A DNA stretch of 64,000 bases from Anaerolineae bacterium (GTDB lineage: Bacteria; Chloroflexota; Anaerolineae; Epilineales; JAANWY01), in NCBI GenBank assembly GCA_046753605.1, contig JBHHTZ010000001.1:1244-65243 (forward strand). The letters are read 5' to 3'. The notes beneath the pieces were generated by a model, which searched no databases, was not told the DNA's origin, and saw only the letters and a program-made list of their open reading frames with translations. This document shows positions 35,510 through 45,001 of this stretch, piece after piece (position 1 is the stretch's first letter; each line of letters starts with the position of its first letter). The position numbers and the translations under genes were made by a program.

Positions 35510-36265
35510 ATGTTCGAAGCGACCCCGATTGATCCGTTCAGCGAAAAAGCCATCGCTGCCAAGGCGGGCTTCTCCGTTTCGGACTACGGCCGACAAGGGA
35601 CCGATGGGCCGTATCAGGTCGTGATGCCCACCTACCCGGCCCCGAAGTGGTTGCGGCAGTTCGCCGAGCTGGGCCCGGCGCTCCGAGAGTGCAGCACGCT
35701 CTGCCAGCTCAAGGGCAAACCCTTCCGGGTCGTGCGCTGGGGCCGAGAGGGTTCAGGTGCTCGAGGTGGTATCCCGTGCGCGGCCTGCAGAACCGAGCCC
35801 AGGTCCAGGTTCCCTCGGGTGCCGTGCCGAAAGGGGAAGGGCCACCTGGCGGGCTACCCGGCCGCGCATCCGATAGCCGAGTACCGACCCAAGGGGCAGA
35901 CGCTGGTCTACGACGGCTGCGGCCATCCCCGGGTGGTCGGCAAGCCCAACTACGTCGTCTCACACAACCCTTTCCCCAGGCTGTACCGGAAAGAGACGTA
36001 CCCCCAGCGGTATCTCGATGCGGTTGCAGCTGCGCAGAAGCTCGCGCGCGGCAGCGGCCGGCGCACCTTCGTCTGCTCCGGGTTCGGCAGCAACCCGAGC
36101 ACCAAGCGGGGCGTGCCGGTGGTCTACGTGAACCCGGGAGGGCTCGCGCTGCGTTACCCGGGCGAGGAGACGGGGACGACCGTGGTCAACTCCGTCAGCC
36201 CGCAGTACTTCCAGCAGCTCGTGGCCGAGAGCCGCGGGCGGTCATACCTCGGCCAGGGGGCGTGA
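35510..36265 (+). CDS. Hypothetical Cys-rich protein
   Basis: 251-aa ORF directly abutting the previous gene. Confidence 0.5.
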   Translation: MFEATPIDPFSEKAIAAKAGFSVSDYGRQGTDGPYQVVMPTYPAPKWLRQFAELGPALRECSTLCQLKGKPFRVVRWGREGSGARGGIPCAACRTEPRSRFPRVPCRKGKGHLAGYPAAHPIAEYRPKGQTLVYDGCGHPRVVGKPNYVVSHNPFPRLYRKETYPQRYLDAVAAAQKLARGSGRRTFVCSGFGSNPSTKRGVPVVYVNPGGLALRYPGEETGTTVVNSVSPQYFQQLVAESRGRSYLGQGA

Positions 36266-36266
36266 C

Positions 36267-36506
36267 GTGAAGCGCGTTCTTATTGCAGAGCGAAAGGACT
36301 GGACGCTTACTCGGGTGTTTCGTCCGGTAGGTAGTTCGTATACGGAGCTGGCCGAAAAGAAGCTTGGGGGGAGAGTAGACCACCCTGTCAGGTATCACGA
36401 TGGACATGTTGTGTACGACCGACCGGAGGTCATTCCCGAAGCAATCAGGGACTGGGTGAAACGGCATCTTGATCGTTACGTGAAAGAGCACAAGGGAGAG
36501 GTCTGA
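36267..36506 (+). CDS. Hypothetical protein
   Basis: 79-aa ORF, start overlaps the previous stop. Confidence 0.4.
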   Translation: MKRVLIAERKDWTLTRVFRPVGSSYTELAEKKLGGRVDHPVRYHDGHVVYDRPEVIPEAIRDWVKRHLDRYVKEHKGEV

Positions 36507-37003
36507 TGGACATTCGCATCGGCAACCACGGGTGGACCCAGGTCGGCGGCGACATGAACCCGGGCACCTACGGCGGCACCATCGCCAAGGCAGACGGCAG
36601 TTCCATTGAGCTGCTCAAGATCCAGCCCGTGCGCGAGTACGTGGGCGACCGAGAAGCGGTCGAGGTTGGCTACCCCTTCTGGACACAGGAGGGCTACTTC
36701 ACCATCGATGATCTGAGTCTCGACAACGGTTACGTCAAGAGCGCCCTCTCGTTCTGGGGGTACGACACCGACGCGAATCGCGAGCGTTTTCTATACGAGT
36801 TGAAGCCCGAGAGCCGGGCCATGGTCATTGCCGAGGCCTTGCTTGATTACGGCCGAGGCGACGAGGGTCCCTCTGGCTGGGCCCAGGACATCATCCCCGC
36901 GGGCGAGCGCGTCAACTGGTGGGGCATCAAGCGGCCGAAGGGCTGGCGCTACCTGGAGGATGAGGACAAGGAATTCCGGCAGCTGTTACGAGAGAACAGC
37001 TAA
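36506..37003 (+). CDS. Hypothetical protein
   Basis: 165-aa ORF, ATGA overlap with the previous gene. Confidence 0.5.
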   Translation: MDIRIGNHGWTQVGGDMNPGTYGGTIAKADGSSIELLKIQPVREYVGDREAVEVGYPFWTQEGYFTIDDLSLDNGYVKSALSFWGYDTDANRERFLYELKPESRAMVIAEALLDYGRGDEGPSGWAQDIIPAGERVNWWGIKRPKGWRYLEDEDKEFRQLLRENS

Positions 37004-37011
37004 GAGGCAGG

Positions 37012-37560
37012 GTGAAACGCTACCCGACGCGCGAAGAGAACATCATGCTCGGCGAGGCAACGCCTGCACGGCGTAAGGCTCGTAAAGCGTGTGCGACATC
37101 GCGTCTTCCTTTTTCATGGCTGCGTTTTGACGTCTGCTCCGAGCCCCGCAAGGTCAAGGAGTTACCCCCGGTTTCCAATTCCAGGGCGGTAAGCCGCATA
37201 CTGCACGATGCCATACCTTTTGCGGGGCGTGGTCGAGAGCACCTTCTGGTGCTGTGTTTAGACAACAAGAACGTGCCGCTTGCCGTTGCCAATCCCCACG
37301 TGGGCGGCCGGTCGTCTGCTGCGGTAGATCCTGTGAGCGTGTTGCGACCGGCAGTGCTCGTGAACGCTTCGTCGATCATCCTCGCCCACACGCACCCGAG
37401 CAATGTGTCAGGCCCATCACCGGAGGACGATCAGCTGACCCAGCGGCTCAAGAAGGCAGGTAAGGTTGTCGGGGTGCCTTTGTACGATCACGTCATCTTG
37501 ACGGACAATCCCGAGGTTTACTTCAGCTACGCAGACCAAGGTCGGATGCCGGAAGGTTGA
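37012..37560 (+). CDS. RadC-like JAB-domain protein
   Basis: LAHTHPSNVSGPSPEDDQLTQRL matches the RadC/JAB HxHP...SxxD...T.RL motif. Confidence 0.7.
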   Translation: MKRYPTREENIMLGEATPARRKARKACATSRLPFSWLRFDVCSEPRKVKELPPVSNSRAVSRILHDAIPFAGRGREHLLVLCLDNKNVPLAVANPHVGGRSSAAVDPVSVLRPAVLVNASSIILAHTHPSNVSGPSPEDDQLTQRLKKAGKVVGVPLYDHVILTDNPEVYFSYADQGRMPEG

Positions 37561-37565
37561 GGGGT

Positions 37566-37931
37566 ATGCCTTGCGAGTTGCTGTGGTTGCGTCCGCCGCT
37601 CGGTATCACGCGCCGAGTGCCTCTGCAGTGTTTTGCCGAATACGAGCACTTCCTCGATAGCTTCGAGCAGTACGGGTACATGCTGCCCGCCGTCGTCGAG
37701 GTGAAGTGGCGGCCGGCGAAGGCATTGATCGGTTAGGTCTTCTTTGAGGACGAGACGGACGAGGACTCTGAGTTTATCGAGGAGGTCATGGTCCTCATGA
37801 TAAACGGTGAGGCTATGCTGCCGATCTTGCTGGACAGGAAGAGAAAAATCTTCGACGGACGACATCGGCTTGTGGCGGCGAACTATCTCGGGATAAAAAG
37901 GGTGCCAGTGGTCAGGACGGTTTTCGGATGA
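37566..37931 (+). pseudogene. ParB/Srx-like nuclease-domain gene interrupted by an in-frame TAG at 37734..37736
   Basis: 57-codon ORF, then TAG, then 64 in-frame codons holding the only intact LPILLDRKRKIFDGRHRLVAANYLGIKRVPVV ParB-N motif; no convincing start or RBS for the downstream part. Confidence 0.4.
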
Positions 37932-38461
37932 AGCTACCTGAGAAATGGCCCTGGTATCTCGGCGGTGCAGCTGTGCTGTTACTCGTGCTGCAGCCGAAGA
38001 AGGCCCACGCTCGCCACCTCGGCCCGAGCTATGATGCCGGCGTCGATGCCCTGACCCGCATGATCTTGGCCGAGACGGGGTTCAAGAGTAGTGAGCCCGA
38101 GATGGCGCAGATCATCTTCATCGCTCTGAACCGCGCGCAGCAGTGGGGCATCCCGGTCACCCAGGTGGTCAACCCCACCGGCTACGCCCCTGGCCAGGCC
38201 TGGACGACCGGAGCCGTCTACAGGTCCGGGTTCGAGCGAGCGCCTACCTGGGCGGCCTGGCGGCCGGCGAGGATGTTCGTCAAGCGGGTGCTCCGCGGCG
38301 CATATCCGAACATGGGCTTCCGGTTGTTCGTTCACCCGGGCGGGATGCCGCGGCCGCCGTGCGCGGCCAACCGTATCGAGGCCAGCACCATCGCCGGCCG
38401 GCGCTGCATCCCCAGGTGGACAGCTCGTGGAACTGTTGTGGGCAGAGGGGTGTTCGCGTGA
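37928..38461 (+). CDS. SleB-like cell-wall hydrolase
   Basis: LTRMILAETGFKSSEPEMAQIIFIALNRAQ closely matches SleB LAR.IYAEARGEP..GQ.AVA.VVLNR; N-terminal hydrophobic segment. Confidence 0.65.
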   Translation: MKLPEKWPWYLGGAAVLLLVLQPKKAHARHLGPSYDAGVDALTRMILAETGFKSSEPEMAQIIFIALNRAQQWGIPVTQVVNPTGYAPGQAWTTGAVYRSGFERAPTWAAWRPARMFVKRVLRGAYPNMGFRLFVHPGGMPRPPCAANRIEASTIAGRRCIPRWTARGTVVGRGVFA

Positions 38462-39084
38462 CGCTGCAAGGCAAGCGGGTGGTGGTTCTCGGCTCCTCCT
38501 CGGTTGGAGAGCGAGGCACCGGAGCCCTCGGCCGGGCGCTGCGAGAGCTGCTGCCAGGCGCGCAGCTGCAGTTTATTGGCAGAAGCGGACACGGTTTCGC
38601 GGGTTCTGCAGGTAAACGGTTGGCGGGCACCGTAGCTCAACGACGTTCACTGCTGATGAAACTACGTGAGTCGGAACCTTTCGATCTGGTGCTGGTCGCG
38701 ATGGGCAGCAACCCGACGGGCACCGCTGCGCAGCTGCGCGAGGCCATGCAGTGGTTCGTCTCCCAGGTCGGCCCGGGTCGCGTGCTCTGGGTCGGACCTC
38801 CGGTTTACTTGTCCGCGTACCACCAGCGGATCACCGACACCTACGACACGGTGGGCCGGCAGGTGCTCGGTGCCAGGTACGCCAGCTCGCGCGACTGGAC
38901 CTACCCCGACTGGGGTCGCGCGCGGGACCGGGTGCACTTCACGCTCGACGGCGCGCGGAAATGGGCGCAGGGGATTGTCTCCTGGTTGGGGAGACAATCC
39001 ACGGGCGGTGGTGGTGTCGCGGCGTTGTTGGTAGTAGCAGTGGCAGGGACTGCAATTTATCTTTTGCGCAAACGCAAAAGATAG
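38458..39084 (+). CDS. SGNH/GDSL-family hydrolase with C-terminal TM anchor
   Basis: GTG start overlapping the upstream stop; block I VVVLGSSSV, block III LVLVAMGSNP, block V DRVHFT; C-terminal AALLVVAVAGTAIYLL. Confidence 0.6.
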   Translation: MTLQGKRVVVLGSSSVGERGTGALGRALRELLPGAQLQFIGRSGHGFAGSAGKRLAGTVAQRRSLLMKLRESEPFDLVLVAMGSNPTGTAAQLREAMQWFVSQVGPGRVLWVGPPVYLSAYHQRITDTYDTVGRQVLGARYASSRDWTYPDWGRARDRVHFTLDGARKWAQGIVSWLGRQSTGGGGVAALLVVAVAGTAIYLLRKRKR

Positions 39085-39098
39085 GAGAGACTCTGGAC

Positions 39099-39572
39099 AT
39101 GCACCTCCACTGCCACCTCGGGCGCATCGCGCCCATCGAAGAAGATCCGTCCGCAAACCTCAAGGGAGCCCAGAACGCCCGTAAGTGGGTCTTCGACCTG
39201 ACGCTTCCGTTGAACGAGATCTCGTCATTTTCCATCCAGCTGGTCGCCTGGCGAACCGGCCGCGAGGCGAAGGACGGCCACGGGCGGCCAGTCTTGCGCG
39301 GCAAGCTCATGCCGCACGCGATACCGCTCAACCGGGCGGCCGCACGCTCTACCATCTATTTTCCGGCCGCAGAGGATGGAAAGCTGATGGTGGTGGTGGA
39401 GCCGGGATTGCCGCCCAAGGGTAAGCCCGAGCCCGAGCCCGCACCCCCTCCTCCAGAAAAACCCGAGGAAGAGGCCGGAGAAGAAGCCGAGGAGAAGCCA
39501 CCCGCGGTTGAAAAGCCGCCGGAAATTCGGCTCCGGCTGGTGGTGGACGCCCCGAGCACGCTTGCCTCCTAG
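39099..39572 (+). CDS. Hypothetical protein with acidic Pro/Glu-rich C-terminus
   Basis: ATG at 39099 with RBS taggagaga; PEPEPAPPPPEKPEEEAGEEAEEKPP tail. Confidence 0.5.
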   Translation: MHLHCHLGRIAPIEEDPSANLKGAQNARKWVFDLTLPLNEISSFSIQLVAWRTGREAKDGHGRPVLRGKLMPHAIPLNRAAARSTIYFPAAEDGKLMVVVEPGLPPKGKPEPEPAPPPPEKPEEEAGEEAEEKPPAVEKPPEIRLRLVVDAPSTLAS

Positions 39573-39683
39573 ACGTCGCCCCTAATTTTGTGAGATGCTT
39601 CCAGTGACATGCTGGATAGATCTGACTACCCAACCAGGGTGGTTCTTTCGCAATTCGACACAATCTCGGCATCCGCCGCGATT

Positions 39684-39701
39684 TTGACGTATAATCGTCA
39701 A
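39684..39701. promoter_or_regulatory. Palindrome TTGACGTATAATCGTCAA upstream of gene 39739
   Basis: TTGACG/CGTCAA arms with TATAAT centre; third copy of the motif seen at 14063 and 63272. Confidence 0.5.
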
Positions 39702-39738
39702 GACGCTCTGGGCGTTTGTCTGATAGAGGGGTAGAAAC

Positions 39739-40659
39739 ATGAACCCGACCCGTCTCATGTACTCGAAGGCCAACCAGGCCTTTGTTTTCACGTTCGGAGA
39801 TCAGTTGTTACGCATAGGAGACGACAACCCCATGTTCTACCGGCGCAAGAGCGAGGCCATCAGGGCCGCGCTCCGGCAGGGGTTTCTCGTCAACGAGAAG
39901 ACGGGCTTCGTCACGTCCGTCGAGGGCCGGCGGCCGCCGGGAGGGCTCGGCCGGCAGCCGAGGGGCAGTGGCTTGAGCGCGCTGGAAGGGCGCGCGACGC
40001 TGCGTACCCCGGTAGGCACCAGGGTCCGGTTCGTGCCGAACCCGGCGAGCTTCCAGCTCTACACCCGTCCGCCCGCGCGCGGCGAGGAGGGAGAGGTCAC
40101 CACGACGATGTTCCCAGGTGGTCGGCGTCGCAGTGCCATGCCGGGACCCGGCGGAGGGCTTCTGTACGTCCGCTGGGATCGAGTCGGGGTGCAGGGAGTT
40201 TCTCCCGTCGATGTCGAGATCGTTTACCGACCGCGGCGCGGCGCAACGGGGGTGAGCGCGCTCGAAGGAGTGAGCAAGGCCGACAAGCTGCGTAACCTGG
40301 ACGACCTCACGCGCGGATACATCCGCGCTGCTCTCTGGTCTACGAACGACGAGTCCGACGAGAGCGGAGGGTTGCCGCTCGACGAGAACTACGGTCCCGA
40401 AGATCTCACCGTAGAGGCGCTCGACAAGATGATTCAAGACTGCGAGAAATTCCAGCAGGACAACGCCGAGTTGTTGGCCCAGGCCGGCGACCCGGCACGC
40501 AACGGCCACGACTTCTGGTTGACCCGGAACGGGCACGGTACAGAGTTTTGGGACAGGGAGGAATACCCCGAGGCAGTCGGCGAGGGGCTCTCCGATGCAG
40601 CGCGCAGGTACGGTGAGGTGGACCTGTACGTGAGCCGGGGCAAGATCTACCAGAGCTAG
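39739..40659 (+). CDS. Hypothetical protein
   Basis: 306-aa ORF with RBS agaggggtagaaacATG. Confidence 0.55.
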   Translation: MNPTRLMYSKANQAFVFTFGDQLLRIGDDNPMFYRRKSEAIRAALRQGFLVNEKTGFVTSVEGRRPPGGLGRQPRGSGLSALEGRATLRTPVGTRVRFVPNPASFQLYTRPPARGEEGEVTTTMFPGGRRRSAMPGPGGGLLYVRWDRVGVQGVSPVDVEIVYRPRRGATGVSALEGVSKADKLRNLDDLTRGYIRAALWSTNDESDESGGLPLDENYGPEDLTVEALDKMIQDCEKFQQDNAELLAQAGDPARNGHDFWLTRNGHGTEFWDREEYPEAVGEGLSDAARRYGEVDLYVSRGKIYQS

Positions 40660-40668
40660 GAGGACAGT

Positions 40669-40995
40669 GTGCCAGCAGCGTGGTCGAAAAAAGACGAGAG
40701 GCAGTACAAACACATCTTGCAGAGCTGCCAGAGAACCGACAGGCGTCGCTCGTTGAAGACCTGCAAGCGTATCGCTGCTTCGACGGTGAACAAGCAACGA
40801 AGCCAGGAAGGCAGAACGCTCACAGGCCTGGGTGAGGCCCCTTCACAATCCTGGGAAGACGTGAGGATGGACAGGGTAGCTGCCGTGTGCATGACGCCCA
40901 TGCAGCTCGGGGGGGTCATGGCCGGTTTTGGTTTCTTGGTCTATTCCCTATCCAAGGGAAAGTTGGTATTGCCGTTCAAGTTAGGAGGGCAGTGA
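40669..40995 (+). CDS. Hypothetical protein
   Basis: 108-aa ORF; C-terminal hydrophobic GGVMAGFGFLVYSL. Confidence 0.4.
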   Translation: MPAAWSKKDERQYKHILQSCQRTDRRRSLKTCKRIAASTVNKQRSQEGRTLTGLGEAPSQSWEDVRMDRVAAVCMTPMQLGGVMAGFGFLVYSLSKGKLVLPFKLGGQ

Positions 40996-40996
40996 G

Positions 40997-41620
40997 GTGA
41001 TTTTTCATTTTTACTCCTATAGCGCATTGCAAACGCTGCTCTCTGTTCTACTCGCCAAGGGGGACGTCCTCACCCGGGACGGATCCGGTAACCTCGTCCG
41101 CGTCCCGGTGGGCCTGGACGGCCAGCAGCTGACGGCCAACGGCGCAGATCCCAACGGCATCGACTGGCAGGCCGGCACCGTCGCCCCGGTCGATACCGTC
41201 TTCGGTCGAGTCGGAAACGTGGTCGCCGCCCTGAGCGACTACGATGCCTCGCAGGTGGATAACGACTCCGGGGTCGCGGGTGGTACGGTCAAGGATGCCC
41301 TGGACACGCTCGCGGCCTTGATTCTGACGCCGGCCGACAAAGATCTGGTGGCCCGGGTCACCGCGGCCGATGGTGCCAAAGCCACCAACAGCACCATTTC
41401 CGGCACCCCGACCGGATACGTGCTGGTCATGGTCAACGGCCTCCTGGTCACCGTGGGCGACGGCGTGAAGACCAAGGAGTGCTACTTCTCGGGGGATGCA
41501 GGGGTCACAGCCCGCACCATCAGCGCCATCGTCGCGGGCGACGAGTTGTACTGGAACGGCTCGGTCGCCGGATACCAACTGGATGCGTCTGATCGCATCA
41601 GTCTAAACTACGAAACCTAG
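40997..41620 (+). CDS. Putative tail-fibre-like structural protein
   Basis: 207-aa Gly/Thr/Ala/Val-rich ORF (GTG start) at the start of the virion module. Confidence 0.45.
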   Translation: MIFHFYSYSALQTLLSVLLAKGDVLTRDGSGNLVRVPVGLDGQQLTANGADPNGIDWQAGTVAPVDTVFGRVGNVVAALSDYDASQVDNDSGVAGGTVKDALDTLAALILTPADKDLVARVTAADGAKATNSTISGTPTGYVLVMVNGLLVTVGDGVKTKECYFSGDAGVTARTISAIVAGDELYWNGSVAGYQLDASDRISLNYET

Positions 41621-42004
41621 GGGATAAAAATGAAACCACGTTTGAAGCAACTATTCGTAGAAGCAGGCTTGCAACCGGCACAGGTGGTTCAACTCAACGC
41701 CGCCGGGACTGCTTGGGCCGGGGGTCTTCGATACATTGCCGCCGCCGCGACTTCTCCGGGGGTTAATGACGACGATACAGCAGGCTAATGTCATATTGAG
41801 CATGTTTTTTGCGAAAAACGGAGTGGTGGTTGTGTTCAGCGAGATAACCAGAAAGATAAGTGTCGCGGGAGATGTGGGAGCAGCCGCTCTCGTGTGCGCG
41901 GCGGACTGCAACCAAAACGACTATGTAGAGGTGGGGGTAGACACGGACATATCAAATCCTAACATAACTTTACAGAAGACGGTTCTCATGGTAGAGGGAG
42001 TATA

Positions 42005-42493
42005 ATGTTCAGGTCAAAACAGATAGCCCAAGACGGTGCTTCGGTCGGAGACATCTTCACCTGGGACGGGTCGAAGTGGGCTCCTGGTTCTGTTTCTGGC
42101 AGCGCAATCATCATGTTCGGCGCTCAGAACATCAGCGCGGCCATCGCTACTCGATATCTCTACCCGGGTTTTTCTAACAACCAGGCTCCTACGGCTCCTC
42201 CTGCTCCCGATACCCCCCCTTCGTACAGGGTACCTCGCGCCGGGACGATCAGGCGATTGTATCTTCGTCAGAACGACCCAAGAGGTAACGGAAACGTCAT
42301 CATCTATACCCTCATGAAGAACGGGGTGGCTACCGCTCTCATGGTGACGATAGCATCTACGGCTTACGATGCGAGCGATCTTGTTAACAGCGTAGCTGTT
42401 GCCCAGGGAGACTTACTCTCCTTGCAGTCCAACCATCTTATAGGGCTCGGTACTAGCCCCTACGACATCTACGCGACGATGGAGTACTTGTAA
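42005..42493 (+). CDS. Hypothetical virion protein
   Basis: 162-aa ORF whose stop overlaps the next start (ATGA). Confidence 0.5.
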   Translation: MFRSKQIAQDGASVGDIFTWDGSKWAPGSVSGSAIIMFGAQNISAAIATRYLYPGFSNNQAPTAPPAPDTPPSYRVPRAGTIRRLYLRQNDPRGNGNVIIYTLMKNGVATALMVTIASTAYDASDLVNSVAVAQGDLLSLQSNHLIGLGTSPYDIYATMEYL

Positions 42494-44265
42494 TGCCTAT
42501 CTATAGATATCGTGTAAAAGGAACAGACATCGAGAGGTTGAATAGTCTCCTCCCTAATCACAGCGTCAGTATGCGATCGCTCACTCCAAGGGTTCTGGTA
42601 GATCTGGAAGCGGAAGTAGCAGATAAGGAAAACATCGATGAAATCATGACCACTTGTGGATATGCTTTCGTCGAAACAGATCCCGCAAATGAAGAATCTA
42701 CCGATATCAAAACGTTCTTGGACAACACCGGAATAGTCTTAGACAGCGCCTCTGGGTTGAAAGGTCGTTTTACCGACATAGAGGCCATGAGGGCAACAAG
42801 GGAACTGACAAATTCAAGTTCCAACCCCATACACTGCAACAGTTTTACCCCATTGAAAACCGATGGGCCTCTACACATATACGTCAGAGACGATATCGGG
42901 GACGACGCCAATTCGGGAACGATAGCTGCGCCAGTGAAAACTGTCGAAGAGGCCATTTCACGGATTCCTCTGATAGTGAATCATTCGGTGTTTGTCCACT
43001 TGGGTAGTCACCCTGGCGCTGGCTGGGGCTACCCACGTTTCGAGAAAAGCAGAACACTCAACGCAAATATCTACATCATCGGAGATGGTGCAGGCGAGCC
43101 AGGCGTTGATGGGTTCACGGAGATTGTGTCTTCGACTGCAGCACTGGCGGGGTCAAATATAAATACCGTCAAAGGTGCCGGCATGACGCCCGGTGATTAC
43201 GATGGCTACACTTTGGAAATTCTCACAGGTGCAGCTGCGGGAGACAGAAGGACCATTCGAAACAACACTGTGACGGATATTGTTTCTGCTCGTGGTTTTT
43301 CTGCGGCCGTGAGTGCGGCTGATTTATACCGAATACTCAGACCGTCTATAAAAATAAACTTCCTATCCCCTGACACCAACGATGTCATGCTGGAAAATAC
43401 CGGGAGCGGTGACGATAGGATATTCTCGGTAATGTATTTCTACAACAAAACACATTCAGTGTGGCTTATCAATGTTGGCCTGGTAGACACGCTCTTTAGT
43501 TATGTAGCTATATCCATGGTTCGATCTTGCTTGACACTCATGGGGGTAGAATTCGATTGCTCCTCGCCTCACATAGAAATCGATCGTTCAACCCTGAAGA
43601 TGGGTGTAGAAGGATACTACGATCCGACTTACTCAGGTGGCGTTCCATCAGCCGTAGATGATTTTGGAGCACCCAGTCCACTGTCCTGGGCAGGGTGGGG
43701 TGCTTTTACAAGAGGATCCGCTGCTTCTTTGGCATCCTTTACGGGCGGACATATATATGGCGTATTCTGTTCAACAATGCTTGTTACGCCGGCAAATACT
43801 AAATGGTGGCTCAGTGGGGGGCACCTGGCTCTGGGTTGCGGTGTTGTAAGAGAGTCGTATCCTGATACACATATCATTTTATACGACGAACCGTTTACTT
43901 CTTCTGCAGCAGTACTCCTTGGAAACAATGCCGGATTATCAGGCATTACCGCTTGCGTTCAGATGGGTTCCGGTTTTGCAGAAGTTGCAAATTGTGCTCT
44001 GTACGGAGATGGTGATGGACTCGTGGCTCAGCAGTTCGGGACAATACACGAGTCCCTGAGTACGGGTACCGTAGGAGGTTACGGAGTCCTCACTCGATGG
44101 AATGGTCAGGTTTATTACGATCATCAACCTAAAATTGTAGGGGGGCTTGGTGATCTGTCAGTAAACAACGGACGCACCGCGCACTCTCGCACTCTTCTAA
44201 CTGATGTGCATACGGCACTTGTGGACAAAATACACGGTAAAATATTCAGGAACGACAACACATGA
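42493..44265 (+). CDS. Putative tail fibre/tailspike (beta-helix-like composition)
   Basis: 590-aa Gly/Ser/Thr/Asn-rich ORF with repetitive beta-strand-like segments; no Walker motifs. Confidence 0.5.
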   Translation: MPIYRYRVKGTDIERLNSLLPNHSVSMRSLTPRVLVDLEAEVADKENIDEIMTTCGYAFVETDPANEESTDIKTFLDNTGIVLDSASGLKGRFTDIEAMRATRELTNSSSNPIHCNSFTPLKTDGPLHIYVRDDIGDDANSGTIAAPVKTVEEAISRIPLIVNHSVFVHLGSHPGAGWGYPRFEKSRTLNANIYIIGDGAGEPGVDGFTEIVSSTAALAGSNINTVKGAGMTPGDYDGYTLEILTGAAAGDRRTIRNNTVTDIVSARGFSAAVSAADLYRILRPSIKINFLSPDTNDVMLENTGSGDDRIFSVMYFYNKTHSVWLINVGLVDTLFSYVAISMVRSCLTLMGVEFDCSSPHIEIDRSTLKMGVEGYYDPTYSGGVPSAVDDFGAPSPLSWAGWGAFTRGSAASLASFTGGHIYGVFCSTMLVTPANTKWWLSGGHLALGCGVVRESYPDTHIILYDEPFTSSAAVLLGNNAGLSGITACVQMGSGFAEVANCALYGDGDGLVAQQFGTIHESLSTGTVGGYGVLTRWNGQVYYDHQPKIVGGLGDLSVNNGRTAHSRTLLTDVHTALVDKIHGKIFRNDNT

Positions 44266-44600
44266 GACTGGCTGACAAAAAAATAGGCAATCTCACTGCG
44301 AGTGAGATTTTCTTTTTCAAACTCTTCCTAGACTCTGTTGTCTTCACCATCGATTTCTCTCAGAGTCGTTGCATCGCCCTGGTTGCAGCAACGGCCCAAA
44401 CCGTACTGATCATAAAGAAAAATGGCGTACAGGTGGGGACAATCACATTCGCTGCTGCTGGAACGGTTGGCGTATTCGGAGGCGCTCCCGCTGATGTAAC
44501 ATGCGTTGCTGGAGACTATCTCACCATCGAAGGCCCAGCGGTTCCAGATGTGACTCTTGCGGATATTGCTGCAACTCTGTTTGGGGAAAGATTTTTATAG
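44262..44600 (+). CDS. Hypothetical protein
   Basis: 112-aa ORF overlapping the previous stop. Confidence 0.4.
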   Translation: MRLADKKIGNLTASEIFFFKLFLDSVVFTIDFSQSRCIALVAATAQTVLIIKKNGVQVGTITFAAAGTVGVFGGAPADVTCVAGDYLTIEGPAVPDVTLADIAATLFGERFL

Positions 44601-44672
44601 AGGTAAATAAGCAAGCGAAATCGTAAAGTGGTGAAGCTAACAAGGGTAGCTTCGTAATCAAATGGTGATCTC

Positions 44673-44954
44673 ATGGCATTTCCCGATCTCGTTCTCAATC
44701 CCGAATCCGAGTACCATGCGGCCGTTGAAGGCGTGCCTTTGGACGGGGATAACAAGATAAAACTGCCGTTCAAAAAAAGACTCTTCGACTCCGATAAGCT
44801 CGTGATCGATGTCTACCCTCTGGGTGCTTCAGTAACGCAGGCATCGCCCGTTTCGTTGGACGACGAAACGCAGGAGCTGGTGCTCAATTTCACCCAGACA
44901 GGCAACGACCCGGTTCGGGTAGAGGCAACGGTGCGCTGGTCGGCGAGCAATTAA
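44673..44954 (+). CDS. Hypothetical protein
   Basis: 93-aa ORF. Confidence 0.35.
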   Translation: MAFPDLVLNPESEYHAAVEGVPLDGDNKIKLPFKKRLFDSDKLVIDVYPLGASVTQASPVSLDDETQELVLNFTQTGNDPVRVEATVRWSASN

Positions 44955-45001
44955 TCGGAGCGCGCCTGTACGAACGTCTCAAGCAAGGATAGACTGAGGG
45001 T

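Noticed and set aside
38143-38457. N-terminal extension of the SGNH hydrolase ORF (track start 38143)
   Set aside because: The extension overlaps the SleB-like gene in another frame. The GTG at 38458 overlaps the upstream stop and the GDSL block I follows immediately.
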